Assembly: GCF_009914755.1 (NCBI RefSeq)
Contig: NC_060932.1
Direction: 5' to 3' (one strand)
Origin: the human T2T-CHM13v2.0 reference genome, Homo sapiens
DNA length: 64,000 nucleotides
The notes beneath the pieces are model-generated. The model saw only the letters and a program-made list of their open reading frames with translations. It ran no database searches and had not been told where the DNA came from. The position numbers and the translations under genes were made by a program. Positions 1 through 32,527 of the stretch are shown piece after piece. The first letter of the stretch is position 1. Each line of letters starts with the position of its first letter.

Positions 1-53
1 AACTGTTGCTTGTTGCTTGAAATCAAGGCAAAGAAGAAGTCCCAAGAGACTTG

Positions 54-3563
<3,510 letters not shown>

Positions 3564-3997
3564 ATGAGACCCTATCTTTAAAAAAACAAAAAAATTAGTT
3601 GGGCATGGTGGCATGCACCAGTAGTCCCAGCTATTCAGAAGGCTGAGGTGGGAGGATTGCTTGAGCCCAGGAGGTCAAGGCTGCAGTGAGTTGAGACTGC
3701 ACCACTGCCCTCCAGGCTGAGCAATAGAGCAAGACACTGTCTCAATTAAAAATAAAAATATGGTGCCATAAATGGTGTATGAAAACAGAGGAAAAAAATC
3801 AAAGTAAAAATGAGTGAATGAATGAATGACATGTAAACATAATTGGGATGAATTCTAAGCACACCGACCAGGACCTGAGGTGCGTCTGGAATCTGCATGG
3901 CTCCTTCCCCGCTCCCACTCACTCTGTTACTGAGGGATGCTGACTCACTCCCGCCTTCAGGTTGCCAATCTGTAAAGTGACATAAAACAAGCACTTA

Positions 3998-4429
<432 letters not shown>

Positions 4430-4676
4430 TTAAAGTGACTTTCCTGGCAAACTTCAGACACACAGCTGTTCATACATGGGCAAAATTAATGAATGGATGG
4501 ATGGACAGACATTCACCTGCTGTGAGCTCTGCGCCAAGCTCTGGAGAGTCCCTCTTCACACTGGCTGGCTCCGTTCTCACTCTGCCCTGCAGGTGGGTTC
4601 TGTTCTTCTTTTATGGCTGGGGAAGGAGGAGCCCAGAGAGCTAAAGCAACTGCCTAATGCCACCAGACCAGGAAAA

Positions 4677-5445
<769 letters not shown>

Positions 5446-6110
5446 CCCCAGATGGAAAGAATGAAACTGAGCAGCCAAATCAGCAACTGCAACAAAAAGC
5501 CTTCGGGTAGTGGGGAGGGGTTTGGGGGGCGGGGGCCTGTTGGAAGGCAGGGCTGGATGAAGGCCCTGAAGAGTCGCCGAGGGGCCTGTGTTGAAAGGCA
5601 TCCACACCTGAGTGGGTTACTGGGTCTGAGGGGGAGGGCTTTGCACATGCCCCCCAGCTGGGCTGAGTTCAGTCCCCCAGTGCTGGGGTGGGAGGTTGAT
5701 CAGTGCATGAAGTGTCTTTGCCAAGTGAAAGCATGCCACAGCCTTTAGTTCTCCTTGACAGTACCACAGTGGAGGAGAACCCGGGGTGCCAAGAGGCAGC
5801 TGTCCCCCAGGTCTCTTGACAGGTCAGCAGCAGAGTGGGACCCAAACCAGGTTCTTGCCTCCAGGCCCCTCAGGTTGCTGCTGCTCTTGGTTTCCAGCTG
5901 GCCAAGAAAGCGCCAAGGCACTGATTAGAAACACAGGTTTTTACTGTGATGGCGACCAGCAGAGGGAAGGACAATAGGGGTGTCGAACCTGGCCATGTGG
6001 AAGACACATGAGTGCCCAGGGTGAGGGCTGATTCCCGAAAGATGTCTAAGCCTACTCACTGCTGGATAGGGTTAAGAGTTTTGTGGTTTGATGCCGGGTG
6101 CAGTGGCTCA

Positions 6111-6401
<291 letters not shown>

Positions 6402-6749
6402 TCAAGAGCAAGTAAGGCCAAGGGCATGACTCCAGGGGGACAGTGGCACCTTCCTACATCAAAGCCCGAATCCTGGAACCCTTCCCCCTCTCCCTCCTCC
6501 CAGTCACTCTGCACCCTAACTGCAGCTGGGATTGTGGCCTGGCCTTCTCTCCCTGGCCCTGGGGAACTCACACGGCGTGGAGGAGCGGGATTCCTAGCAG
6601 GATCCTCTGCATGGAGCTCACTCCGCCGCTCACCTTCCTCCAGGCTGCTCCTCAGGCCCAAGCACCTTCCGTCTCTGGTGAGCTCCTCCTTGTCCTTCAA
6701 GGCCTAAATCAATAGGAAAGGTCTGGAGGGGCACACACCAGAAATCTGA

Positions 6750-7000
<251 letters not shown>

Positions 7001-7243
7001 TGATGCCCAGGCTGGTCTCGAACTCCTGACTTTAAGTGATCCGCCTCCCTCGGCCTCCCAAAGTGCTGGGATTACAGGCATAAGCCACTGTGCCCAGACT
7101 CTTTTCCTTCTTTTTGCCTATCTGCTTTTCTTTTTCTATACTGGAGAGGTGTAGCTTTGGTGATAAGAAGACCGTAGTGATGATCATGATGCTAGCGACG
7201 AGCCTAACGATCTGTCCCGGGTCAGACCCCATCTCAGTCATGA

Positions 7244-7789
<546 letters not shown>

Positions 7790-8008
7790 TGAGCCACCGC
7801 ACCAGGCCTAAATTTTCTTTTTTACAAGTCCTTGTTTTTTATGCACAGCATCTGCACAAGCCATTCTCCCACCCTGGGGCTCTCCCTCCGGCCCCAGCCC
7901 CCTGCCCCATTGCCAACCAAACGCCGCCAGCTCACACTGTGGTGTCTTCAGAGTCCCTGCGGCTTCATCACAGGTTGTGACTCCATGTGCATTTCTGTCA
8001 TAACTTGA

Positions 8009-8281
<273 letters not shown>

Positions 8282-8384
8282 TAGCCAGGATGGTCTCGAT
8301 CTCCTGACCTCATGATCCACCCGCCTCAGCCTCCCAAAGTGCTGGGATTACAGGCGTGAGCCACCGCGCCCGGCCAACAGGGCC

Positions 8385-9080
8385 TTTTCTTTTAAATCAA
8401 CTTCATTATGACATAATTTCATAGAGTAAAAGGCATCCCTTTTAAGTGTACAATGTAATGAGTTTTGACAAGTGTATACACCCTTATAACCACTTTCACA
8501 ATCAAAATAGAGACATTTCCACCCTGCCCCTTGGCAGTCAGCCCCATCCCCACCCTGGCAGGCAACCGGGGGTCTGTTTCCTGTCACTGTGAACGTGCTC
8601 AGCCTGATCTAGAATTTCATGTAACGCGGTCCTGCAGGAAGCGCGCTTCTGTCTGGCTTGCCTCGGCACAGTGCTTCTGAGTCATCCAGGCGACTGTGTG
8701 TACCCGTTGCTTCTCCCACTGTTGGTGTTCCATGCAGGGATGTGCCATGGTTTGTGAACAGTCTCTCTGCTCATGGGTGTTTGAGTTGTTTCCACCCATA
8801 GTTATCATGAATAAAGCTGAAATGAACATTCAGGGACAATCTTGTGTGGACATACCTGTTTGTTTCTTTGGGTAAATAACAGAAGTAAAGTTATTTACTT
8901 TATGTAAATAAAGTAATTTATGGGAGTAAGCTGGCTCCCATGGTAAGAGGATGTTTAGCTTTTTAAGAACTGTAAACTATTTTCCAAAGTGTTTGGAACA
9001 TATAGCATTGCCACCAGCAGTGTGTGAGGGCAGCAGTTGGGGCCACACCTCACTCTCTAACATGGGGTACCACTGCATCA
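8385..9080 (-). mobile_element. Old L1M (L1MB-like) 3' fragment
   Basis: Contains ttttaagtgtacaatgtaatgagttttgacaagtgtatacaccc and ataaagctgaaatgaacattc...gtgtggacatac, typical of degenerate L1M 3' ends. Confidence 0.6.
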
Positions 9081-9156
9081 TGAGTCTTGTAGAGCGTACA
9101 TCCTGGCTCCTGGCCCAGTGCTGGCCACTGTGGGTGCCCATTCTATTTTTTTTTGA

Positions 9157-9372
<216 letters not shown>

Positions 9373-9623
9373 TGATCCACCTGCCTCGGCCTCCCAAAGT
9401 GCTGAGATTACAGGTGTGAGCCACTGAGACCAGCCTTTTTGTTTTGTTTTGTTTTGTTTGTTTGTTTTTTAGAGACAGGGTCTTGCTCTGTCACCCAGGC
9501 TAGAGTTCAGGGGTGCAATCACAGCTCACTGCAGCCTCAGACTCCTGGCTCAAGTGATCCTCCCACCCTAGCCTCCCAAGTAGTTGGGATTATAGGTGCC
9601 CAGCACCATATCTGGCTAATTTT

Positions 9624-12160
<2,537 letters not shown>

Positions 12161-13021
12161 CTAATTTTAAAAACTTTTTAGAGTTGAGGTCTCAACATGT
12201 TTCCCAGGCTGGTCTTGAACTTCTGGGCTTAAGTGATCCTCCTGCCTCAGACTCCCAAAGTGTTGGGATTATAGGTAGGTGCCACCATGTTCCTCCAGCT
12301 TTTGTTATTTTAAATACACCACTGGGTGTGGTGGCACACAAAAAAGAAGTGGCCTGAGGCCTGCTGGAGCAGGCAGGCAGTTAGGAAGGAGAAGAGGCAT
12401 GAAGAAAGGGTGTTCAGAGTCCTAGTGTGGAGAGCGGGTGAGCTGGAAATGGGCTGTGTCTGGTGGATGGAGGTTTCCAGATCCCAAGGCTAATGAGAGT
12501 GCCAATATTTAGCAACTGATCACTGCACATGCCCAGTTGGTCCCACTGCCCACACAAAGTCAGGGGTCTCACTGCAGCAGCGAAACATTGGCCCAGGATC
12601 CGCAGTCACGGAGGAGGCGTGGCTCCTGGCTTCCTTTTGATTTTCACTTGATTTTCATGCTCAGATCAATGGTAAACAAAGCCAGTCTGGCCCCAAATGT
12701 GAAATAACCAGGTGGGTCTGGGTCCTTGGACCTCCCCTTCTCCGGCTATTCTCCTCGCTCAGTCACCCTACCAGGCTCATGGCCCTACAGGCCACCTATC
12801 TGGGGATGCTCACATTTCTATCCCAGCCTGCATGTCCCCCCTGAGCCTCCACTGACCTTCCCACCTGACTGTCTTATAGCCATCTTGGACTTCTGTGCCC
12901 TCAAATAACTCTTGATACCTCTGTCCCCAACTCTATTCCTTCTTGTCTTCCCCATCCCAGAAATAGGCAGCACCATTTGCTCTAACCCCAAACTAAGGCG
13001 TCATTCTTTTTTTGTTTTTGA

Positions 13022-13588
<567 letters not shown>

Positions 13589-13638
13589 TAATATATCAGC
13601 CAACAGTGTTTTCTACAGAAATAGAAAAATCCATCCTA

Positions 13639-22771
<9,133 letters not shown>

Positions 22772-23099
22772 GTTAAGTTGGACCCCTTACTCTTCCAAGG
22801 GCCTCCCCACTCATTCAGAGCGAATTCTGCGGTCTCCACGGCCTTCCCTGGTCTGGCCCCTGACCATCTCCTGCCTCTCTCCTCCCAGCTGCTGTCCCCT
22901 TGGTACTGCCGGCCTCCTGAGGGCCACGTTCCTGGGTTCTCGTAATCATCTTCTACCTGGTCTCTGTGATTCCGGCCTTACGCGCACCCACGCCCTCCCA
23001 GCCGGCAGCTGCAGGGATCCTTTTAAAACTGCCCGGGACTCCACTGCTCAAACCCTACCACCACTTCCCATTTTCCTTAGAAAAAAAAATCCAACAGGA

Positions 23100-24750
23100 C
23101 CTAGCCCCGGGCTGCCTGTCAGACCTCGGCGAGCACGCCAGGCTCTGCACACCGTCTCTCGGAGCAGTCCCGAAGAGGCCGTTCCCACCAGACTCCGGGA
23201 CCTCCTCAGGGCAGCTCTTCGTCCTCCACCCCGCAGGAAGGCTCTTCTCCCAATCACCCCGCGGCGCAGCAAGCCTGGCCCCGCCGCATCGCCCGCGCTG
23301 GACTCTGCTCTTCCACCGGTCGCCTGGCTACCGGCGCAGGACGCATCCGCTGTCCGCTTGGTCGTCCCCCCTGGACTTTGTGCTTCAAGAAAGCGTCACT
23401 TTTTGCCCACGGCGGCACGCCCGGTCCTAGTACAGCGCAGGCGCTTAACACACAGCACCCAGCCACGAGGCCCGGAGTCAGAGGGCTTTGCTTGCCCATT
23501 CACAGAGCCCTCACCCGCGGATCAAAGTCGTATTCCGCGACCGCAGCCCGGAGACTCCCGGGAGCGGCGCGGTGCGCCCCGCCCCCGCCAGGCTCTCGGC
23601 TCCCGGTTCCGCGCCGGGCCTCGCACTCGGGGGCGGTGTCCGAGCGTCGGCGCATGCGCAGATCGGGGGCGCGAGGCCTCACGGAGCTCGTAGTTTCCCG
23701 GACGGGCCGCTCCCGGCCTCGCGGCCTCGCCTCCCCACACTACAACTCCCACGGGGCAGCGGGCGCGGCTCCCCGTACCCACCAGCTGGCCGGGCAGGGC
23801 AGCCACTTCGCGGTCGGGCCCGCCGGCTGCGGGCACCCGCGCGACGGGCGGGAAGATGGCGGACGTGGTCGTGGGTAAAGACAAGGGCGGGGAGCAGCGG
23901 CTCATCTCGCTGCCTCTATCCCGCATCCGGGTCATCATGAAGAGCTCCCCCGAGGTGTCCAGCATCAACCAGGAGGCGTTGGTGCTCACGGCCAAGGCCA
24001 CGGTGAGGGGGCAGGGCGGGGGTGTGGGCCGCCCTTACCCCTCGCGCCCCGCCCCGCCGGGCTCTGGGCACTGCCCAGTCCCCTTAGGCCCGCGCGCCGC
24101 CGGCTGCTCTTGCCGGGCTCGCGCGCGCCCCGCTGTCCCCGTCCCACGCCGGCGCGCGCTTCGGTGCCCGCGCGCCCCCACACTTTCTCGCGCGTCTTCG
24201 CCCCGCCCACCCCTCGCCGCTCCCTCACGTTCTCCAGTTTCTTCGCCTCGCCTACCGCGCGCCTCTCCCGCCCTTTGTCGCCTTCCTTCGCTCCGCCCGC
24301 CCCTTCCTTCCGTGCGCACCTTCGCCCCGCCCACCCCACTGTCCTCCCGCCGTTTCTCTCGCGCTTCCATTCGGCAAACCCGTAAGCTCCCGCGTTCCTC
24401 TGCGCGCCTTTCGTCCCTCCCACCTGTGCGCTCACGTCCTCCCTCGCGTGCGGCGCTCAGTTTCCGGCCCTACCCGTGGGCGTCGGCGCCTAGTGGCGCT
24501 CTTCTCATTTGGGTTCTTTGGGGGCTCTTTCACCCGCGACTCCCTACTCCCGGCCTGCCTTTTTCTTGTCACTGGACTGCTTCGTGCTTTGAGGGCCCTA
24601 ACTCCTCCAGTGTCCCGTGGGAGGGGCAGCCGGGCGCTTCACCCGCGACTCGAGGCTCTTTTCCCGCGCGTGCGGTGCCAGCTCCAGCGGTCCGAGGCTT
24701 TCGAGCCCTCCCGCCCGCCACAGCTGGGGCCCCTCGTCTAAGAGGCAGCA
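23100..24750. promoter_or_regulatory. CpG island / CHRAC1 promoter with NRF1, two ZNF143 SBS-like and YY1 motifs
   Basis: Very high GC and CpG density. GCGCATGCGC at 23650-23659; ACTACAACTCCCA at 23739-23751; opposite-strand ACTACGAGCTCC at ~23683-23694; AAGATGGCGG at 23853-23862, overlapping the ATG. Confidence 0.88.
23856..24002 (+). CDS. CHRAC1: CHRAC1 coding exon 1 (aa 1-49), chromatin accessibility complex subunit 1 (CHRAC15), H2A-like histone fold
   Basis: Translates to MADVVVGKDKGGEQRLISLPLSRIRVIMKSSPEVSSINQEALVLTAKAT. Kozak aagATGg; donor ACG|gtgagg. Confidence 0.97.
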
Positions 24751-25339
24751 CATTCCCCAACCAGAATTTAAGGAAGTCCGGGGAACTTAAGTTTTACAGC
24801 CTGCTTAGCATCCTCCTGGGTGCAAAATAGATAATTTTGTCTTTTTTTAAAAAAATTGCGTCTCGATAGTGTTAGGCCAGATGTTTTCCTGTTCTGACAC
24901 TGGGCCATGTTTCAGCTACACAGTTAAATGCTTTAGCTTGTCTTGGATTCTATTTTCCAGTCCCTACTTGTAGTTAAGTATATGATGTCCCTGCAGTGTT
25001 GGACTAGAACTAAGGGAAGTGGGAAATTACAGGTTTCTTGCCCGCTTTATGTCAGAGCCATGTTTTCCTAGAGCCCAGGGAAATAATTGCATATTCAGCA
25101 TTTCATCTGGGGACATTTGTATTTTCCTATACAATTTCATTCTATTGGTATTAAGGAATGAGGATTTATGCAGGCACTTCTGACCCGTTATTTTATTTTT
25201 TGAGATGGAGTTTCCCAGGCTGGAGTGCGGTGGCACTGTCTTGCTCACTGCAACCTCTGCCTCGCGGGTTCAGATGATTCTCCTGCCTCAGCCTCCTGAG
25301 TAGCTGGGATTACAGGTGCCTGCCATCACACTCGGCTAA

Positions 25340-25519
<180 letters not shown>

Positions 25520-25729
25520 TGAGAAAGAGGCTCAGTTCAGCCTCTGTAAAAATGAAGACTTGGCCCTGCTATAAGAACTGGGATGCAGGAGGGAGAAGAT
25601 CAGTTCCGGTTGTTTCATTAGGTCTGAGGGTTGTATGTCAGTTCCTAGAATAGAAAAGTTTTGGCAAAATGTAAGCTGTGGTCACTATAGTTGTAGGTGA
25701 ACCACCTTAGAAACAGTGTATGCAAATAG

Positions 25730-26133
<404 letters not shown>

Positions 26134-26724
26134 TAAACAGTTACGATTCATCTTTTTCGTAAGTTAGACATCTAAAATAAGCCTCTGGAAAATGCCTGCT
26201 TCTCCGCCAATTTTGATACTGGCTTTGCTTTCTTTCTGACCTCATGTTTTTCTTTTCCCCAGTGATTTCTTTTTTTTTTTTTTTTTTTTTTTTTGAGACG
26301 GAGTCTTGCTTGATCACCCAGGCCAGAGTGCTGCAATCTCCAACCTCCACCTCCCAGGTTCAGGCGATTCGCCTGCCTCAGCCTCCCGCTGGCTGGGATT
26401 ACAGGCACCCGCCACCATGCCCAGCTAATTTTTGTATTTTTAATAGAGATGGGGTTTCACTATGTTGGCCAGTCTGGTCTCAAACTCCTGACCTCAAGTG
26501 AGCCGCCTGCCTCAGCCTCCCAAAGTGTTAGTATTACCAGCGTGAGCCACCACGCCTGGCCTCCCCAGTGATTTCTTGTAATTTAATTTGAGAAACCAAG
26601 AGAATCTGAAGTCTTAATATACTTTTAAGCCTAATTAAGGAATCAACAATGTAATTTTAAAAATTAATTTCTGTGGTACATTTTCAAAGCACACCTTTCA
26701 TTTGCATTTTTCATTTTGTTCTAG

Positions 26725-26851
26725 GAGCTCTTTGTTCAATGCCTAGCCACCTATTCCTACAGACACGGCAGTGGAAAGGAAAAGAAAGTACTGACTTACA
26801 GTGATTTAGCAAACACTGCACAGCAATCAGAAACTTTTCAGTTTCTTGCAG
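26725..26851 (+). CDS. CHRAC1: CHRAC1 coding exon 2 (aa 50-92)
   Basis: Acceptor ttttgttctag|GAG; translates to ELFVQCLATYSYRHGSGKEKKVLTYSDLANTAQQSETFQFLA; donor G|gtactt; 127 nt. Confidence 0.96.
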
Positions 26852-27481
26852 GTACTTAGTCTTTGAAACATTCTGGTTAAAAAATGATTAGTAATCAATA
26901 GCTCTTTCCCCACCCCTTGCCTCCCTTCTGCTCTCACGGAAAATTAGACTTTTTGCTACTTTTTCCAAGCCGCAAAGTACTATGAGTTGTCACAGGAAGA
27001 TACTTTTAGTCTTCTCTGTTTGAATGTGTTTGTCATGTGGTCCACCTAGAACAATAGTGAAGCCAACAACATTCACAAGATGTTGGTTGGCCGCGTATGC
27101 TGGGCAGTCCTTTACTCTCTACAGGGACCCTGCCTGCCACTGAAGGGAAAACTCAGGGTGGGTCTACATGGCCGTAGTTAGAGCTTAAGTCTACCCTGGG
27201 GCTAGCCTAGGCTATCTCAGGTAGTCGGGCAGGGTTGCTCATAAAAGCAGCTCATAGAGACACCATGGTTTGTACTCATTGGACTGGAAAGAGGCCTATA
27301 GCGTTCGTTAGGAGACAATGCTAGTTTCTTTGATATTTTACCCAGAAATGCAGCCTGAATTTCATCTTGTTTTGGAACCTCTTATAGAGGTCAAAGCAGG
27401 AACTAGTACATTTTGAAATGTGCATTGCTGTGTTCATAGTCTACCATAACCAATTGCTGATGTACGCTTTATGTTTTTAAG

Positions 27482-27603
27482 ATATATTACCAAAGAAGAT
27501 TTTAGCTAGTAAATACCTGAAAATGCTTAAAGAGGAAAAGAGGGAAGAAGATGAGGAGAATGACAATGATAATGAAAGTGACCATGATGAAGCTGACTCC
27601 TAA
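27482..27603 (+). CDS. CHRAC1: CHRAC1 coding exon 3 (aa 92-131, acidic tail)
   Basis: Acceptor tttttaag|AT; translates to (D)ILPKKILASKYLKMLKEEKREEDEENDNDNESDHDEADS then TAA. Total CDS is 396 nt, or 131 aa. Confidence 0.96.
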
Positions 27604-28122
27604 ACCAAAAGTGCTTTAAAAACCAGCCTGGCGAGGACAGCCCTGGACCCACTCCACTGTCTCTAAGTAAACACAGCACTGCCCGCTTTTAGCGTCTTCA
27701 CTTCTTCACAGAGTTCCAGTGCGTGGTATTCTTTCGAGGTATTCTTTCCAGGCCGAGATTGAGCACCTCATGTACCTACGCCACAGACAGCCAGAGGGAA
27801 AGCGACCCAGACAGCAGCCCCTCCTCGACAGGCCCACCCTGCAGCTCAGGCACCAAGAAAACAGCCGATACTGGCAGCCATTGCAGCTCCAAACTGCAGA
27901 GGCAAGGCCAATTTTAACTTTTCAATTTACAGTCGATTTTGAAGAGCTTCTACATATCGGTTATGTAAATTCATATATGTATTTTTGGAATCAGTTCTTA
28001 TAAACAGCTCGATTCAGTTTTAGCTAAATTTATAGTTTAGGTAGTATGTTACATTTGAATTTTTGTCTTAAGAAAAGTTGACTGTTCAGATATTTTTCTA
28101 CTGTAAAGAAATATACTTTTCT

Positions 28123-29039
<917 letters not shown>

Positions 29040-29209
29040 ATATTTTAAAATCTACTTTTTGGTGTACAGTTCTGAGTTTTGGCAAATGCAGTCAAGTCAC
29101 TACCACCACCACAATTAACAGCTATATCACCCTCCAGTAAATTCCCTGTGGTCAGCTCCTTCCCCACCTTTTACCGTGGCAACCGTCAAGCTATTCTCTG
29201 TCCCTATAC

Positions 29210-29527
29210 CAGGTGTCATCAAATTTTTTTCTGGAAAGGCCCATGCAGTAAATAGTTCAAGCTTTGTGGGCTTTTATAGTCTCTGTTGCTGCTGCTGAAC
29301 TCAGCTGTTGTAGCACGAAAGCAGCCAGGTAATTACTAGATGAAGGAATGCAGGTGGCTGTGTTTCAATAGAGCTTTATTTCTGCAAACTGAAACTTGAG
29401 TTTTGTGTAATTTTCATGTGTCATGAAATACTGTTTTCTCCAACCATTTAATAATGTAAATACTTGCTAGCTTATGTGCCATTAAAAAATGACTTGATTT
29501 GGCTTACAGACCAGTTTGGTGGCCTGT
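29210..29527 (-). mobile_element. MER58B-like hAT-Charlie DNA transposon
   Basis: Ends caggtgtcatcaaatttt... and ...cagtttggtggcctg, with internal gttgtagcacgaaagcagcca and ggctgtgtttcaatagagctttattt resembling MER58. Confidence 0.65.
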
Positions 29528-29663
29528 CTTTTCCAGAATGTCATATAAATGGAATCATTCGGTATGTAGCATTTGAGTCTGCAGTTGTTCTGTTTAGCAG
29601 AATGCATTTGAGATTCATCCGTGTTGTCACAGGTATCAGCAGTCCATTCCTTTATATTGCTGA

Positions 29664-29996
<333 letters not shown>

Positions 29997-30703
29997 TGAT
30001 CCGCCCACCTCGGCCTCCCAGTGATGGGATTATAGGCATAAGCCACCACACCTGGCCTTGATGACTATAATTAATAAAGCCCTATAAGTATTTGTGTACA
30101 GGGTTTTTGTTTGTGTTTTTTGAGATGGAGTCTCGCAAACTCTGCTGCCCAGGGCGGTGTGCAGTGGCGCAGTCTTGGCTCACTGCAACCTCTCCTATCT
30201 AGGTTCAAGCCATCCTCCTGCCTCAGCCTCCTGAGTAGCTAGGATTACAGGCGCCCACCACCACACCTGGCAAATTTTTGTATTTTTAGTGGAGATGGAT
30301 TTTTGCCATGTTGGCCAGGCTGGTTTCGAACTCCTGAGCTCAATCAAGTGACCCGCCCACCTCAGCCTCCCAAAGCGCTGGGATTACAGGTGTGAGCCAC
30401 TGTGCATGGCCTGTGTACAGGTTTTGTGTGAACACGGGATTTCATTTTACTTGGGTATATGCTTATGAGTGGAATGCGATACAGACGTTTATAAGAAGAA
30501 ACTGCCAAACTGTTTTCCAAAGTGGCTGTGCCATTTTGCAGTCCCACCAGTAGTGAGTTCCAGTGGCTCTGCAGCTCCTACAAAAATTCATGTCAGTTTT
30601 TGTTGAGTTTTGAGAGATTTATATATTCTTAATACAAGTTATTTGCCTGATGATAGGAGATTTGCAAACATTTTCTCCCAGTCACTTTTCATTCTCTTAA
30701 TAG

Positions 30704-31183
<480 letters not shown>

Positions 31184-31565
31184 TGATTTTATGAAGATGA
31201 ATCTTTTGCTCTCGCTTGCAAGTGTTAAACCATTACTGCTTCTGGCCATTCAGTAAATGATGGTGAAATAGCGAGAATATAACAAAGGCCATATCAAGTG
31301 AGTATATTGCTGTAGATGAGTTTCTGTGTATTCTTCCGGTTTTGACTAGCATGTCCCAGGGCCAGTGGGCACAGAGGTGCTTTGTATACTAAGAAGTAGT
31401 AAAGGGTTCTAGATACATTAAGAAAAAAGTAAATCTTGATTTTTGTTTAAAAAAATAAGACTGCGGAACAAGATAGATCAGAATGTTAAGGTTAATTACC
31501 TATGTGTCGTGACTAGAGATAGCTCTTTATCTGAATTTTCACATTTTTCTGTAACATTGTTCTTA

Positions 31566-32009
<444 letters not shown>

Positions 32010-32527
32010 TCATCTCAGTATAGACAGCAGAAGTCAAAAACAGCCCAGTCAGGGTGAGGCCACCAGGGATTTGAGAGTAGCCAATGTGCGTAAACCTAGC
32101 CGGGACAGAGTAGCAAAGTGGCTGGCCAGGCCGCGAACCAGGACGGTGCCAGCTCAGGTTCCCACACTCAACACGGAACTCAGGACTTTGCTTGTGACGG
32201 GCTTAGCTGAATGGCTTCTTGATCCTTTCTCATGCTGCAGGAGCAGAAAGAGCCAACTATCCGACACACCATGGCTGCTCCCACTAGTCCAACTCATGCC
32301 TGTGGTTCTCATCCCCCAAACCCAAATCCTCGGGTAATGCCCAGCTCTGCCAAGTACATTCTTCAAGGAACAGCCCTCTGTTTGTGGAACAGGGCTCTGG
32401 ACTTCCATCCCTGAAGGCACGCTTCTGCCTCGGGAGCTGGAATCATAACCTGTGCAGAAGGAAGTGCCTAAAGAAGTAGGTGAGGAATTGAAGATTTTTG
32501 GAAGAGGCAGCTGTAAATAGGAGGACT

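Noticed and set aside
8895-8916. Perfect 9-bp hairpin ttactttat-gtaa-ataaagtaa
   Set aside because: It is short, AT-rich and inside a degenerate L1M, so most likely a chance or template-switch relic.
23856-24830. 324-aa ORF starting at the CHRAC1 ATG
   Set aside because: Only 49 codons are exon 1, ending at a strong gtgagg donor at 24003. The rest is low-complexity Pro/Arg/Ser read-through of GC-rich intron where stops are scarce.
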